Position numbers and translations under genes: made by a program. A model generated the notes under the pieces. It made no database searches and was not told the origin of the DNA. It was given only the letters and a program-made list of their open reading frames with translations. A stretch of 46,718 nucleotides of DNA, counting the filler, from Catajapyx aquilonaris (lineage: Eukaryota), in the NCBI GenBank assembly GCA_000934665.2. It is 2 parts of 2 records of this genome, joined end to end, with 100 filler letters (N's around TTAATTAATTAA, not from the genome) between each part and the next. Parts side by side here need not be neighbours in the genome. Positions count along the whole stretch, not along the records: positions 23,426 to 46,718 come from JYFJ02005706.1; 1 more part is not named here. One strand, written 5' to 3'. How positions within the stretch are numbered: position 1 is the stretch's first letter; every line of letters begins with the position of its first letter. Shown in pieces: positions 36,901 through 46,718 of this stretch.

Positions 36901-37160
36901 CAGAAGGTACTGGGAAGGGACCAATTGGTGATGGGATGCTTTCGTCACAAGGGGTGGGAGGGTTTATTGGCAATTCTGAGTGCCAGTCCATGCATACCAA
37001 CAGTCAGGTTTACATATCTGCAGGTGGAAAGTCCCAGTCCCCAGCAAATACCCCCCCATCTCCTCACATTCCTTCGCGCCCTCCCCGACCCCCAGTGCCG
37101 CCACCAGTGCCTGCCACCAAGCCACGTAGCAGCTATGGTTCAGAAAGCACAGACTTGTAG
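24922..37160 (+). CDS. RhoGAP92B: BAR-domain RhoGAP (RICH/ARHGAP17/ARHGAP44/SH3BP1 family), 5'-partial
   Basis: Phase-consistent exons 24922-25072, 27862-27938, 30133-30321, 31551-31659, 33377-33527, 33615-33764, 33831-34008, 34070-34282, 34352-34431, 34809-35010, 35888-36542, 36597-36729, 36784-~36906 (donor uncertain) and 37024-37160. BAR start RAEKSEVLSEDL, GAP motifs EEGLFRVAG, ALKSYLRELPEPLL and NIAIVMTPNLIW, Pro-rich tail ending ESTDL. Confidence 0.9.
25718..26182. repeat. Fold-back/MITE-like element
   Basis: Inverted arms GGGGTTGTTTTTGGTCCCTCTCCAGGAAG / CTTCCTGGAGAGGGACCAAAAACACCCC, with an internal partial duplicate. Ends approximate. Confidence 0.6.
26232..27662. mobile_element. piggyBac-like non-autonomous element
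   Basis: TTAA|CCCTTTGTCTTCCG ... CGGGTGACAAAGGG|TTAA. Confidence 0.65.
28096..28251. mobile_element. Palindromic MITE
   Basis: Near-complete hairpin TACTATTAACCGCAAAAGTAATGTCGCACTGTTATG / CATAACAGTGCGACATTACTTTTGCTGTTAATAGTA. A related right arm occurs at ~573-633. Confidence 0.75.
28252..29152. mobile_element. TA-flanked non-autonomous DNA transposon
   Basis: TA|GGGGTGAGCGGGGCACGATGGC ... GCCATCTAGCCCCGGTCTCCCC|TA. The GGGGCAYG.TGGCAC motif recurs internally in both orientations. Confidence 0.7.
29745..30065. mobile_element. Fold-back MITE
   Basis: Inverted arms GTGTGCTTAGCGAGTCCCCTATCCCC / GGGGATAGGGGACTTGCTAAGCACAC, plus outer GCAACTCCCT / AGGGAGTTGC. Confidence 0.7.
30387..31396. mobile_element. 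piggyBac-like MITE interrupted by a mariner element
   Basis: TTAA|CCCTTTGAC left end with duplicated GACATCATATGATGTC; GTCAAAGGG right end; right TSD degraded (GGAA). Confidence 0.5.
30621..31379 (-). mobile_element. Internally deleted Tc1/mariner (maT/DD37D-like) transposon
   Basis: TA TSD and ~75-bp TIRs CAGGGTGTTCCAGAGTTGACGACTCACTCTTTGAAACGC. Minus ORF has an HTH-like N-terminus (RFDETGSVLD) fused to the C-terminal LWGYLKEKVY motif. Confidence 0.88.
32273..32470 (+). mobile_element. Degenerate tRNA-derived SINE
   Basis: Head GGGCAACATGGTGATGTAGTGGTTAGCAC, body motif GGTTTTCTTGGATTCTCTTGTTTCTTTCCACAGTC, AATAAA-rich end. Confidence 0.55.
32523..32790 (-). ncRNA. Candidate structured RNA with box C/D-like 3' module (identity unknown)
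   Basis: Minus strand CTTAG-A-GTGATGA...CTGA-CTAAG (32608-32523), plus several GC-rich hairpins whose mismatches are G-U on the minus strand. Confidence 0.35.
32996..33285. mobile_element. MITE with long TIRs
   Basis: ~95-bp imperfect inverted arms beginning ATCTCCC.CA.CAAGGGGGATTGGCCATGGTCGGC. Confidence 0.78.
35053..35316. mobile_element. hAT (Charlie/Buster-type) MITE
   Basis: TIR CAGTGGTTCCCAAACTTT; 8-bp flanks CCGTAGAT / CCAGAGAT (6/8 match). Confidence 0.82.
35514..35721. mobile_element. Tc1/mariner-type MITE
   Basis: TA|CAGGGTGGTCCAACATCAAGTGTCGTTTTATAACGGC ... reverse complement|TA. Confidence 0.85.
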
Positions 37161-39250
37161 CAGGCACGTGGAGAGTGTCTTGAATGTGCAGAGGAAGGAG
37201 AAGATATGTGTGAACTAGAGCAGAGTGCAATTCAGGTGGTGAGTCTTCCGCAAAACATCACACAACTGTAGCGTAGCTGCACTGGTACTGACTTGTTGAT
37301 GCTGTTGTCACTTATAAAATCACATTTTCACATGTTGTCACTTTGGTTGCTTCCAAATTGTTGAAATTGGGTTTCTTGTTGAAGCATTGATTTTAAAAAT
37401 TGGAAGTAAAACTGAAAGACTGATTCTACAGTTTTGCTGTTAATATATGCAAAAGTCTGCATACTTCTTTGCTGTGAAAATACACACAAGTTCCTTACAA
37501 CTTTGTCTATGAAGGTCTTCTCACATGCAAATTGTTGTGGTTAAATGCTTGTAGTCATGTACAGTTTGAACATAGTGTTCACATCAGGAGAGGGTTTGAT
37601 ATTTTTCATATTTTATACATGTTTAAGTGAAACGTACGTGGGTTTGGATATATGCAGTTTTGACCTGTCTATACAGTCAAACAGTCATTGGTGGTCTTCA
37701 TTTTCACCCAATGTAAAGGTTACAAGCAATGGGTTAATGAACCCTTCTGTGTGCAGTGTAACACTAAGTGTGTCCAAAGAGGAGTTTAATGTTTGATTGG
37801 GCTGCAACTTCAGACTAGTCGCATCTAATGTTGGGCTTGTAAGGTTCTGTTTTAATAACACCCGATCTGAAGGTGTTTTGCAAACATCCTGTATCAGGTA
37901 GTACGATTTGGTGAGAGATTTAAATTATGGGAAATTATAGAAAGTAGGCTTTATTATAAATTTTATGTGAAAAGAAGGTAAATTACGAAAAGTTCTTGAT
38001 GGCTCAGGCACCGAATGAAGGGATGTGGTTTTCTTCACACAAATTCATTGTATGCTGTTGCTACCAATTTTGGTGGCATGCAAAAGATGAGTTCATAACC
38101 ATGATTTATCTTATGTAACTAACAAATTCAGATGCAGTTAAGTTACTGTTGATTGTATTGTGATTGTCATGCTGTCTGTGTGCATTTTAAATTGATCAGT
38201 AATTTTCAAGGGTGTTTCTAAGGCTTGCTTACGAAGCAGTAACATTGCTTAAAGGTCGGTTCACAAACTCAGCTGGTTGCATGGTGGGTACAGTTTGTGT
38301 GTGCAAAAAAATGGACTGAACAATGACACAAAAAAAATTTCAATGGCCACACTCGTTTCTTGTACTGGATGTTGACGCAGTCTCCTGCCCACAAAAAAGT
38401 GTCCAAGCCTGGACAAATTCATGTCCCCATCATATGCATGACATTGTAGGGCTCTGTGAATTGACAGTCACAAAAATTTCAATGCAGCCCATGTTTTACT
38501 CACTGCACAGAATTAAGGAACTGGCCTGAAAAAGTCTTCCTATTTTTATAGTGGCGGTAGTACTGGACATTAGTATGGTAAACCAATCTTACTGAATCAT
38601 GAAGTAGTTCTAACAAATTGACTTAACCAGGTTGGGAGGTTGTATAGTTATTTAATGAGAATTCTAATGTGTAATAAACAGGGTGTTGCAACTGAAAGTC
38701 TAGTTACTCTAGTACATAGCTATTTTTGGTGCTAAATTGCTTTTAATGTTTTTAATGGTTATCAAAAAATTAACTGCTGATGGTAGGTTGCAGGGACCCA
38801 TCCTTTTGACACCTGCACCGGTGTTGACCCTGCAAAAATTGATTTTATCATTGATGTTCAGTGACAATTGTCTCAGTGGGAAATAAATCAGATTTTTTTC
38901 AATTCAACTGGCATGTAATATTAGCAGTTAATTCTTCTGATTTATTCACTAAACATAACTGCTTAAAAATATGCAGTTAGTGTCAAAAAATTGCAAACCA
39001 CTACAGGCATTTCAGTTAGAACACACTGTATTAATTCCATAACTAACAAATTATAATTAGCCCCCTTTTTACTGTTCAATATGTAAAAAAGTCAAAATGC
39101 ATGAATACCAATTCTGTGACTGATGAATTTGGGGCCTTACATAAATAATGTGAGGCTGCAAAAATTTGGTTATGTTTTACTCTCCTGTCATACTTAGAAA
39201 CAACCAGGACATTTCATAAAATTGACCCTTACTCCTTAATGTGCTAAATA

Positions 39251-39495
39251 CAGAGTGTTCCAAGTTTCTAGGTCCTCAATCACAATCACAATCACAAATT
39301 TTGCACAAAGTTGTTACCTTTGTGTAGCTTTTTGCAACACAATTGAGGTGCCTTCCACAGAAGCTGCTATATTCAACCACACCTGAGAATAGTTGAACAC
39401 CTCGATTAGGGTGCAAAAAAGCTACACAATAAAATACCTCTGGCAAAATATTGATAACTAAAGGGGCCTACAGTAGATTCTTGTAACACACTCTG
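39251..39495. mobile_element. Degenerate mariner-type MITE
   Basis: TA|CAGAGTG ... CACTCTG|TA with internal inverted TGTGTAGCTTTTTGCA / TGCAAAAAAGCTACACA. Confidence 0.55.
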
Positions 39496-39756
39496 TATAG
39501 TGTACTGAGTGAAGTTTGTCATTTCCCATAAGCCATAAGTTGGGAAACTGAACATTTAAAAGTGATGGAGAATTCCACAAAATCACGGGGTTTACCAGAA
39601 TTTTTTATCATACCTGAAAACATGGCATAATTTATGGGTGGTCCTTGAGCATCTATTTTGACTAGGGCTTATAAAATTGGGTTTGACTGCACTTTTCTGG
39701 TGAAATAATACTTCATAACCAAAAGGATATACTGTGTGCTTCAAACTTACAGTTAA

Positions 39757-40035
39757 CCCTGGAACCGTGACGTGCCTGAAAGTTACGTTAACCGTGATGT
39801 GGGGTCTTTTAGGACCCCATCCATATTCTAAGTTTTATTAATTTTTATATAATACTAATGTATTGACTATATGCAATCATTCTTTGAACAATGCCTAAAA
39901 TGATTGCTAATTCAAAATAAACATGCACTTCCTGTTATATACTTTTTTTAAATGGCAACAGTTCATCGTAATTATCATTTTAATGCATTTTAATTCCTCT
40001 GGGGTCCTAAAAGCCCCTACGTCACAGTTCCAGGG
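39757..40035. mobile_element. piggyBac-like MITE
   Basis: TTAA|CCCTGGAACCGTGACGT ... ACGTCACAGTTCCAGGG|TTAA, with subterminal inverted TTTTAGGACCCCA. Confidence 0.85.
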
Positions 40036-40764
40036 TTAACTGTACTGTACAGTTAACAGTTCCATTTTAATGAAGCAATAAATAGATTGGTAATTTAGGC
40101 ATGATATAATGCATCAAGGCAATACAGAGATCAATCAGTCACATGGTGCAGGTAGTTGGCATGTATAGGTGGATTTTTTGAAGTGGAACTCTTAATACTC
40201 CAATGAGGTGCATGAAAACTGTCACTCTTCATAATGCAAGTTGCCAGACAACTCGAGGCTATGTTAGGAGGGCAAGGGTCTTTAAGGTTCCCTTTAATAT
40301 GGATCTGAGATAACTTGTAGGATGCATAATATACACAGTAATGCATCATAATATGAAGGGAAAATTGGCGTATGGCATGTTCCAACTGGACAGTTTTTTA
40401 AAGTACCTCATTGTATTTGAATTTCAAGACATTTTTGAACTACCCTTGTACCTTAAAGAATGGCCAAAAGATATTTTCATAAATAATTTCTTGTTAAGCA
40501 ATAATTGCATAATTGATTTGATATTTTCTTATCATTTGAGGGGTGCTAGGGGGTGGGTTATCAGTTCCATAGTGATGGGCATTTATGACTTAAAGGAATG
40601 AGAAGAAGCGAGAATAAAACTACTGCGGATGATAATGCAATTCTAGCTTGAAGTCACCATTCTTCCTTGATTACCTGAGCCAACAAGAATGTTGGAGGAA
40701 CTTGTACTGGAACTTCAGACCAAAGATATCTGCTATATATAACTGCTAGATACAGAACTGCTAA

Positions 40765-41025
40765 GGAAAAGTGAAGCCAGTGTTTGCTTGGAGTTTGTAC
40801 CAGTCGTCCAAAGCAAAGATGGCGGCTTTGTGCGACTTGGATTGATCTGCCATGGTGGCCTGTACGTAGTTGGACATCTTCAAGGGATGCCCCGTGCCCC
40901 TGGAAACGTCCCACTGCGGTTCGTTCCATCTGCACAGGGGCCGCCCCTAAGGCTGCTTCTGCTGCCCCGCCCAAAGTAACAATGGCGCCATCTTTACTTT
41001 GAGCGTGATTTGGCTTCACTTTGCT
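40765..41025. mobile_element. Degraded MITE-like element
   Basis: Inverted AAAGTGAAGCCA ends and subterminal CAAAG.AAAGATGGCG; GC-rich interior. Confidence 0.45.
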
Positions 41026-43072
41026 TGTATGGAAAGGGATAGCGAGTTATGCATCTAGTAGAATATATAGCAGATATCTTTGCTTCAGACTCACCAAGTA
41101 GTGAAGACTGGTAGATCTTGAGTGCAGTTTTACTTGTATAGGTGAGAATATAGAAAATAACATGTGCGTGCACCCTCCAATTTGGTGATTCAATATATGT
41201 AATTGTAGTTGATGCAGTGGAATGTGAAACAAGCAGTGACACCAAAAACTGCCTAATGCATTAGGAATGCGATTTGGCCTTTACATAACAGTCTGTAGTT
41301 TGCATAGCAATTGATCATATCAGAATGCATTTGATACATTTGTGCCCTTCAGTTTCCACATTTGTATTGGACCCAATGTTGTTTTTTGTTACTGAAGTGA
41401 GTTACTTTTCATGATTGAAGAATTATGAATTGGAGCATCATTCATGTTTTCAGGACTCACAATTTTAGGTTAGTGATTTAAAACCAGATGTGTTACACAG
41501 TACATCTATAAGAAAGTTAGAAGCACTTTTTTGATGGAAGACTGCTTTCACTAGTAGTATCAATTGGTTTGCACTAACAAGTCTAGAACTGTATGCATAC
41601 TGGCACCAAATGTGCCAATGAGAAAGTAAATTGTATCTGCACAATTCAAGGGTCATGTTTTTCAGGGTTTTTTTTCCCATTATTGCCACAAACTTTCCAA
41701 CTGCAGTGTCCAGTGTGTGCTGGTTGTCAGGTGCAAAATTGCGTTTGGATAAAACATTTTATACAGATTGAATAATATTCAGAAATAAATAAAGGACTGC
41801 ATATGGAACCCATGTGGATTTATTTCTCCTGTCGTAAGCCAATTTGAAAATATGCTCTAAAAAATTAATTACAGAAGGTTGTAAAAGTATTTTAGTTGCA
41901 AGTTCTGGCAAATAATTTCTTCAGTTTTAATTCAGTTCTGGGTCTGCTTTTCTTCAGCACCTTCATCTTTCAGTGGTCATGAAGCTCAAGAGAAAGTGTA
42001 AGGTAAGGAGTTCACTACCCCACAACAACCTAAAGCCACGATCTTCAACTGGTGGTCTCCGTAACCCCAGGATTCCAATTGGGTTGAAGGGATTTCTCTG
42101 AGACATTTTGAGTAATGGCTGATTTATTTATCCAACAGAGCTAAGCATCATTCTGAAGTGTTAGTCGTTATTGTATAAAAAGATGTCACAGAATTGTATG
42201 GATGCTGGCAAAATTTTGCAGAGAATAAGTCGTCTTCTATCACTAAACTACTAAAGGGTTACCTAGAATGCTCGAGTGTTGGATCCTGAAGACTAACATT
42301 GGTTGAATGTTCTCCCTCATTCTTGGTCACCATTTAAGAGTTGTGTAAGAGACAAGCATCTTGTTATTGCTTGGAATCTGATGAAGAGCCAGCATTCAAC
42401 AGGTACCAAAAATGAAGGACTTTCGTCATGAGAGACCAAATGTGGCAGGGGTAGGGTCACACTGCACCTACCTACCCCATGACCTAACCTTCCTTTCCAG
42501 CAGATACACGCCTATCCTTCAGCAGATACATGCCTAGGAAAGCAGGTAAAAGTGCTGAATCTCTTGTTATGAAAGCGTAGCCCATTCTTGCTCCTTAGCT
42601 GCTTTTTGTGCTTTGTACTGCACTTGTCCATCCCAACAACTTAATTATTTGGACCAGAGATGCCCTGAAAGCTGAATCTTGGCAGGCTTCTGTACAGTGT
42701 TGGACATTAATCGAGGCCTATTGCTAGCGACATTTTCCGAAGCTGCAGAAGAAGGAATCGAAGATAAGGATACTGCAAGCCGGGCGAGCAAGATTCCTTC
42801 TTCTGCTGCTTTTTGGCTTTCCTGCAGTGTTTAGATTGTTTTGACATGTCAGACCCCAAACACATGAAACATAAATGAAAGTACACAAGTGACAAATCAG
42901 TTAATGGAACAAACACCCACTGGTAGTTACCACAGATATTTTATGGGAGGTGTATTGGACGTTTGGTTCAGCAGTGGGACAGGATGAGTACCTTGAATAA
43001 GCCTTGCACCCTTACAATCTGCATGCAGTCTGTACACGAACGAAGCACTTTCAGTTCATCATCACCTGCATC

Positions 43073-43123
43073 ATATTTATATTTATATTATATTTATATT
43101 TATATTATTTATATTTATATATA
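43073..43123. repeat. AT-only simple repeat (TATATT-like)
   Basis: Directly visible low-complexity run. Confidence 0.85.
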
Positions 43124-43156
43124 AGGATACTACAGTAGAACCATGACGAAGATTAT

Positions 43157-43303
43157 GGGCCGTTTTCTCGAACAGTGGTTCAAATGTAAACCCGGTTCAA
43201 AGCCGGTTTAAACCCTTGACAACAGCCTAACAACAATCAAATCAGGGATTAAACTGGCTTTGAACCCGGTTGACATTTGAACCCCTGTTCGAGAAAACGG
43301 CCC
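43157..43303. mobile_element. Harbinger-like MITE
   Basis: TAT|GGGCCGTTTTCTCGAACAG ... CTGTTCGAGAAAACGGCCC|TAT; ~60-bp arms. Confidence 0.8.
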
Positions 43304-43937
43304 TATGACGATTATAAAAGGCTAATGAAGCACAAGATATGGCAATTGTTTATTTTTATTTTTTTAAATATCACTGCACCCGCACTGCACCCACCGACCA
43401 TCAGCAACATATTGATGTCCAATGAACATTCAGGAATCATTCAATGTCCTACTTCTCCAATGATCATCAAGTAAATGTTAATTGGATTTTTGTCCACCGA
43501 TCCATCTCCACTAAATATCAAAGTGTGTGCTGTGTATTGTACTGTACAAGCGGTACAAGCTTTGCAACTGTTCAAAAAGCACCCTCATTCGCGCCGACAT
43601 GCACTTTCACTTTAGGCCTACCTCCCAGCAGATGGCACGAGTTTGAAATAAGTGCATGATAAGGTGGCCGATAGGTGGCAGCACGAGTATGCAGGGAGTG
43701 CCTAGGGAAGACTATTCTAACAACCTTGGGGAGTGCAGGCAGGGAGAGAGAGGAGCGAAGGGGCCCGAGGAGTTGGGGCACGGGGAGACGGGACCTACCA
43801 CGGGAGAGGGAGAGAGGAGGGAGACAACAGGCACTGCTCGCCTCGCTTAGTCGTTATTAGTGTTCCAGCTGCTGTTTGAGCTGTAATACACGTCCCTCCG
43901 CTTCCACTTCGCTCCATCCCTGCTACTGACCTAGGCC

Positions 43938-44127
43938 ATGGCGGACGACCGTGATTCGGATGTATTATCCGGGTATTGGTTTACCAACTGGGAGCGCGAG
44001 TGCATTGAAGCACTAGAGAGTGAGGCAGATGAGGAACTACAAGCTCAGAACGGCACCCATTTGGCTAACCAGAGGATGTGGGTGCTGTTTCAGGGGACAG
44101 CAACTTCCATTACTCAGCTGTACAAAG
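43938..44127 (+). CDS. HAPSTR1: First coding exon of HAPSTR1/C16orf72 homologue; remaining exons not seen in window
   Basis: GCCATGG start. WFTNWERECIE...QRMWVLFQGTATSITQLYK resembles the HAPSTR1 N-terminus (WFSKWERQCL...LWHLFQNSATAVAQLYK). Phase-1 donor G|GTAGAT. Confidence 0.85.
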
Positions 44128-44687
44128 GTAGATCTTAAAGTAGTCATTCGTCCCGTTTCCCACCCCCCGCCCAACCCGACTCGCCACTGTCCCTTCTACC
44201 CATCACCAAAATGCGATTCAGTTCACTAATATTCAGAGCAGTTTGGAACATAAGGATTTTTGATATGGAGTATGAGTTGTGGCTGGTTGGTTGCATAACA
44301 TGATGAGTGGGCTTGAGAAGTAGTGTTAATGTGGATGGGTTCAGGGTGCCTGTGGAGCAAGAGCATGTGGGCTAGGTTGTTTAATTCTTTTATCACCTAA
44401 AAAATTGTGCGGTATGAACATGAGTTAATGTGAGTTATGGAGTTTTCTGTTGTTTACATGTAGACTAACTCTGTAGTTACCCCTAACTATGTTTATACAA
44501 CTGCATGAGCTATTTGTGAATGACATGATGAGGGGAGTCCTGTATGGTGAAGCACATGCATTGTATGAATTATACTGAAAACGATAACTAGCTAAAATTA
44601 AGACTGCCAGGGTAATGCATGAAGTGTAGTGGCAGGTCTACAATTTAAACTTCCCTAAGGGCTGGTTGTACCCAGTTAGGTACATTA

Positions 44688-44918
44688 CCGAAGCAGGTTG
44701 GCATGGTGGATAAGGCGTCCGACTGCTAATCGGGAGGTCCTGGGTTCGAATCCCGGAGCCGACAACCTTGACCGTGGTTTTCTGTGGTTTTCCACGGTCT
44801 TTCTAGGATAATTCCGGGGTCGCTTCCGTATAATAGGCCACAGCCGCTTCCTTCCTTCCCTATCCTTGGAGGTTGAAAGGCAATGCTGGGCCAACCTCCT
44901 TAAATATATCAATTATAA
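44688..44918 (+). mobile_element. tRNA-derived SINE with TSD
   Basis: A box TGGCATGGTGG, B box GGTTCGAATCC, body GGCCACAGCCGCTTCCTTCC, 14-bp TSD AGTTAGGTACATTA (44674-44687 and 44919-44932). Confidence 0.88.
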
Positions 44919-46041
44919 AGTTAGGTACATTAAAAAATCATATTCTTGCCAGCCTAAACCTTGACTTGGCAATGTGGAGCATTCAGGCGCAGGGTTTTTT
45001 TAAACTTTCAAATAGAGACCAGATTTATTAAAAATATGACAACATTCTGAATGTTTCTGACCAGGTTCTACCATTCCTAAGATGAAGATCTTCAAAACTA
45101 AATCACAAACTAGGTTGATTCAAATGTAAATGAATGATGATTTAACGTCTGTTACTCAGACGCCTATATTGAGGTTTTCCATAAACTAGTGGTAATTTGT
45201 GATCTAACAACTGCATTTTCACAATCTTGAAGTACATTTATCGGATTCAAAGTGATACTGCACTCGAACAAGTTGGCTTCAGAAAATCAGGCAAAAGTCT
45301 TGATTCTATTGGTGTAATTTTTTATAGAAGTCAAAAGTAACCTCAAGCCCAGAGGTCAAATTGGTAAAAGATTTGTCTTCTGCTGCTGGCGTTTCAGGTG
45401 AGGTGACAGCTAGCACTGCTGACAGAACTAGGTGAACACAGGTTAATTATGAGGGTGTTCAAAAAGTGCTTACATGTGGTGCCTAAAAGATGAAGTGAGG
45501 TGCAAAAGGTGTTAACATTTTAGACAAGAAACAATAGTTGTTGCTGGAAGTAGAAGGTAGGCCTTCTCAAACTCACATGAAATATTCATTTCAGTTCAGA
45601 GCAATGCATTTTTTCCTAACTAACACAAGTCATCAATGGGTGCATTTACACTAGAGAACGCGGTGCAGATGCAATCCTCCTGAACGTGGTTGAAACCAGT
45701 TTTGAGACGCGGTGAGCCGACAATGCTGTTACACTAACAAGGGAACATCGCGACATGATGATAAAGGATTTTGCCAAAAATCGCTCAGTGGGTAAATCAC
45801 CTGCGTAGAATGCAAAGGTGAACTTAAGAATATCCACTTCCCAGCCACTTTTGAGATATGATGACAGATCTGGCTTGCTCAATACTGCTGAGAGCAGCCG
45901 CCTCGTAATCCAATGGTCCCACTTGCTCTATTTTTTTTTTTGCCCCTACCCCTCCCCTCTTTTTCTAGTCAAGTTCTTAACCTGTTTTTGTTTTTAGCTG
46001 CAGATACTGATGAATTTCAGTGTCCTTTGGCACATGCTTAA

Positions 46042-46591
46042 AGGGACACTCCACTCAAAATACAAGTTGGGTTTTAAAAATCTGGCAAAAAATCCTGATT
46101 CCGATGATATAAGCCATTTTTCTGAGAGACGAACGGTAAGGCCAGGATGAGAGGTCAGATTCGTAAAATAATATTCTCCCGCGCAGTGAGTGGTTGGAAC
46201 AAAGCCCCTCCAGCGGCCAGATGGCGAACCACACAGATGGACAGGACTGTTCCGGGACCGAATATCATGGAAGAAAGAGAGTGCACGACCTGATCGGAGG
46301 CTAACGAGGCAGTCAGAAGCCCCAACGGTGCGGAGAAGGCATCACTTAGCTCGGATGGGGGGAAAGCACGTTAAGCACCTTCAATTCACGCCATCCCCTT
46401 GTCTAGTTCCGCCCGGTTTTGCTCCTCTGGTGGTGTCGCCACCTGTGCCGCCCGTGGTTTTCGAACAACACACTTCCAGCTTTCACCCTGGCCTTACCGT
46501 TCGTCTCTCAGAAAAACTGCTTATACCCTCGGAATCAGGATTTTTTGCCCGATTTTTAGAACCGAACTTGCATTTTGAGTGGAGTGTCCCG
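46042..46591. mobile_element. Kolobok/T2-MITE-like element, same TIR family as 3979-5119
   Basis: TTAA on both sides; ~105-bp TIR AGGGACACTCCACTCAAAATACAAGTT; different interior. Confidence 0.85.
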
Positions 46592-46718
46592 TTAATCTAA
46601 TTACTGCAATTATCTCAACATAAGAGATGGGCAATTAATACTGGATCCCTTTTTGTTACATGATGTGTTTTTCTCGTCAATGATTGGGCCCCTTAGGGGT
46701 CGTCCATATACCACGTGA

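Noticed and set aside
42745..42806. 15-bp perfect inverted repeat (possible pre-miRNA)
   Set aside because: Low-complexity arms, large loop and no other support.
45646..45920. ORF-like segment with two ATGATGA motifs (exon or snoRNA)
   Set aside because: No HAPSTR1 similarity, in-frame stops on the plus strand and no terminal stem around the boxes.
1..46718. CRISPR array, operon or prokaryotic defence system
   Set aside because: Spliceosomal introns and metazoan genes throughout; the repeats are gene duplicates and transposons.

Overview
Eukaryotic (arthropod, probably insect) genomic DNA; nothing here looks prokaryotic. Bases ~0.9-21.5 kb hold a tandem cluster of gustatory receptor (GR/7tm_7) genes. 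Each has a long phase-0 first coding exon, a 156-nt exon 2 and a short exon 3 carrying the TYhhhhhQF motif. There are eight plus-strand long exons (two frameshifted), two deletion remnants and one divergent minus-strand GR. Only five plus-strand exon-2/3 cassettes exist, so the intact exons at 2754 and 13582 have no C-terminal exons of their own and are best explained as alternative first exons spliced onto shared downstream exons. The cluster also shows segmental duplication, a chimeric exon and gene-conversion patchwork. After a 100-bp assembly gap comes a multi-exon BAR-RhoGAP gene (RhoGAP92B/ARHGAP17/44-like; first exon not found), then the first coding exon of a HAPSTR1 (C16orf72) homologue. 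Introns and spacers contain many non-autonomous transposons (Kolobok-like, piggyBac-like, Tc1/mariner, hAT, Harbinger-like, Helitron, tRNA-SINEs). One GC-rich, highly structured antisense segment with box C/D-like motifs (32.5-32.8 kb) remains unexplained. All family assignments are by visual recognition; no searches were run.
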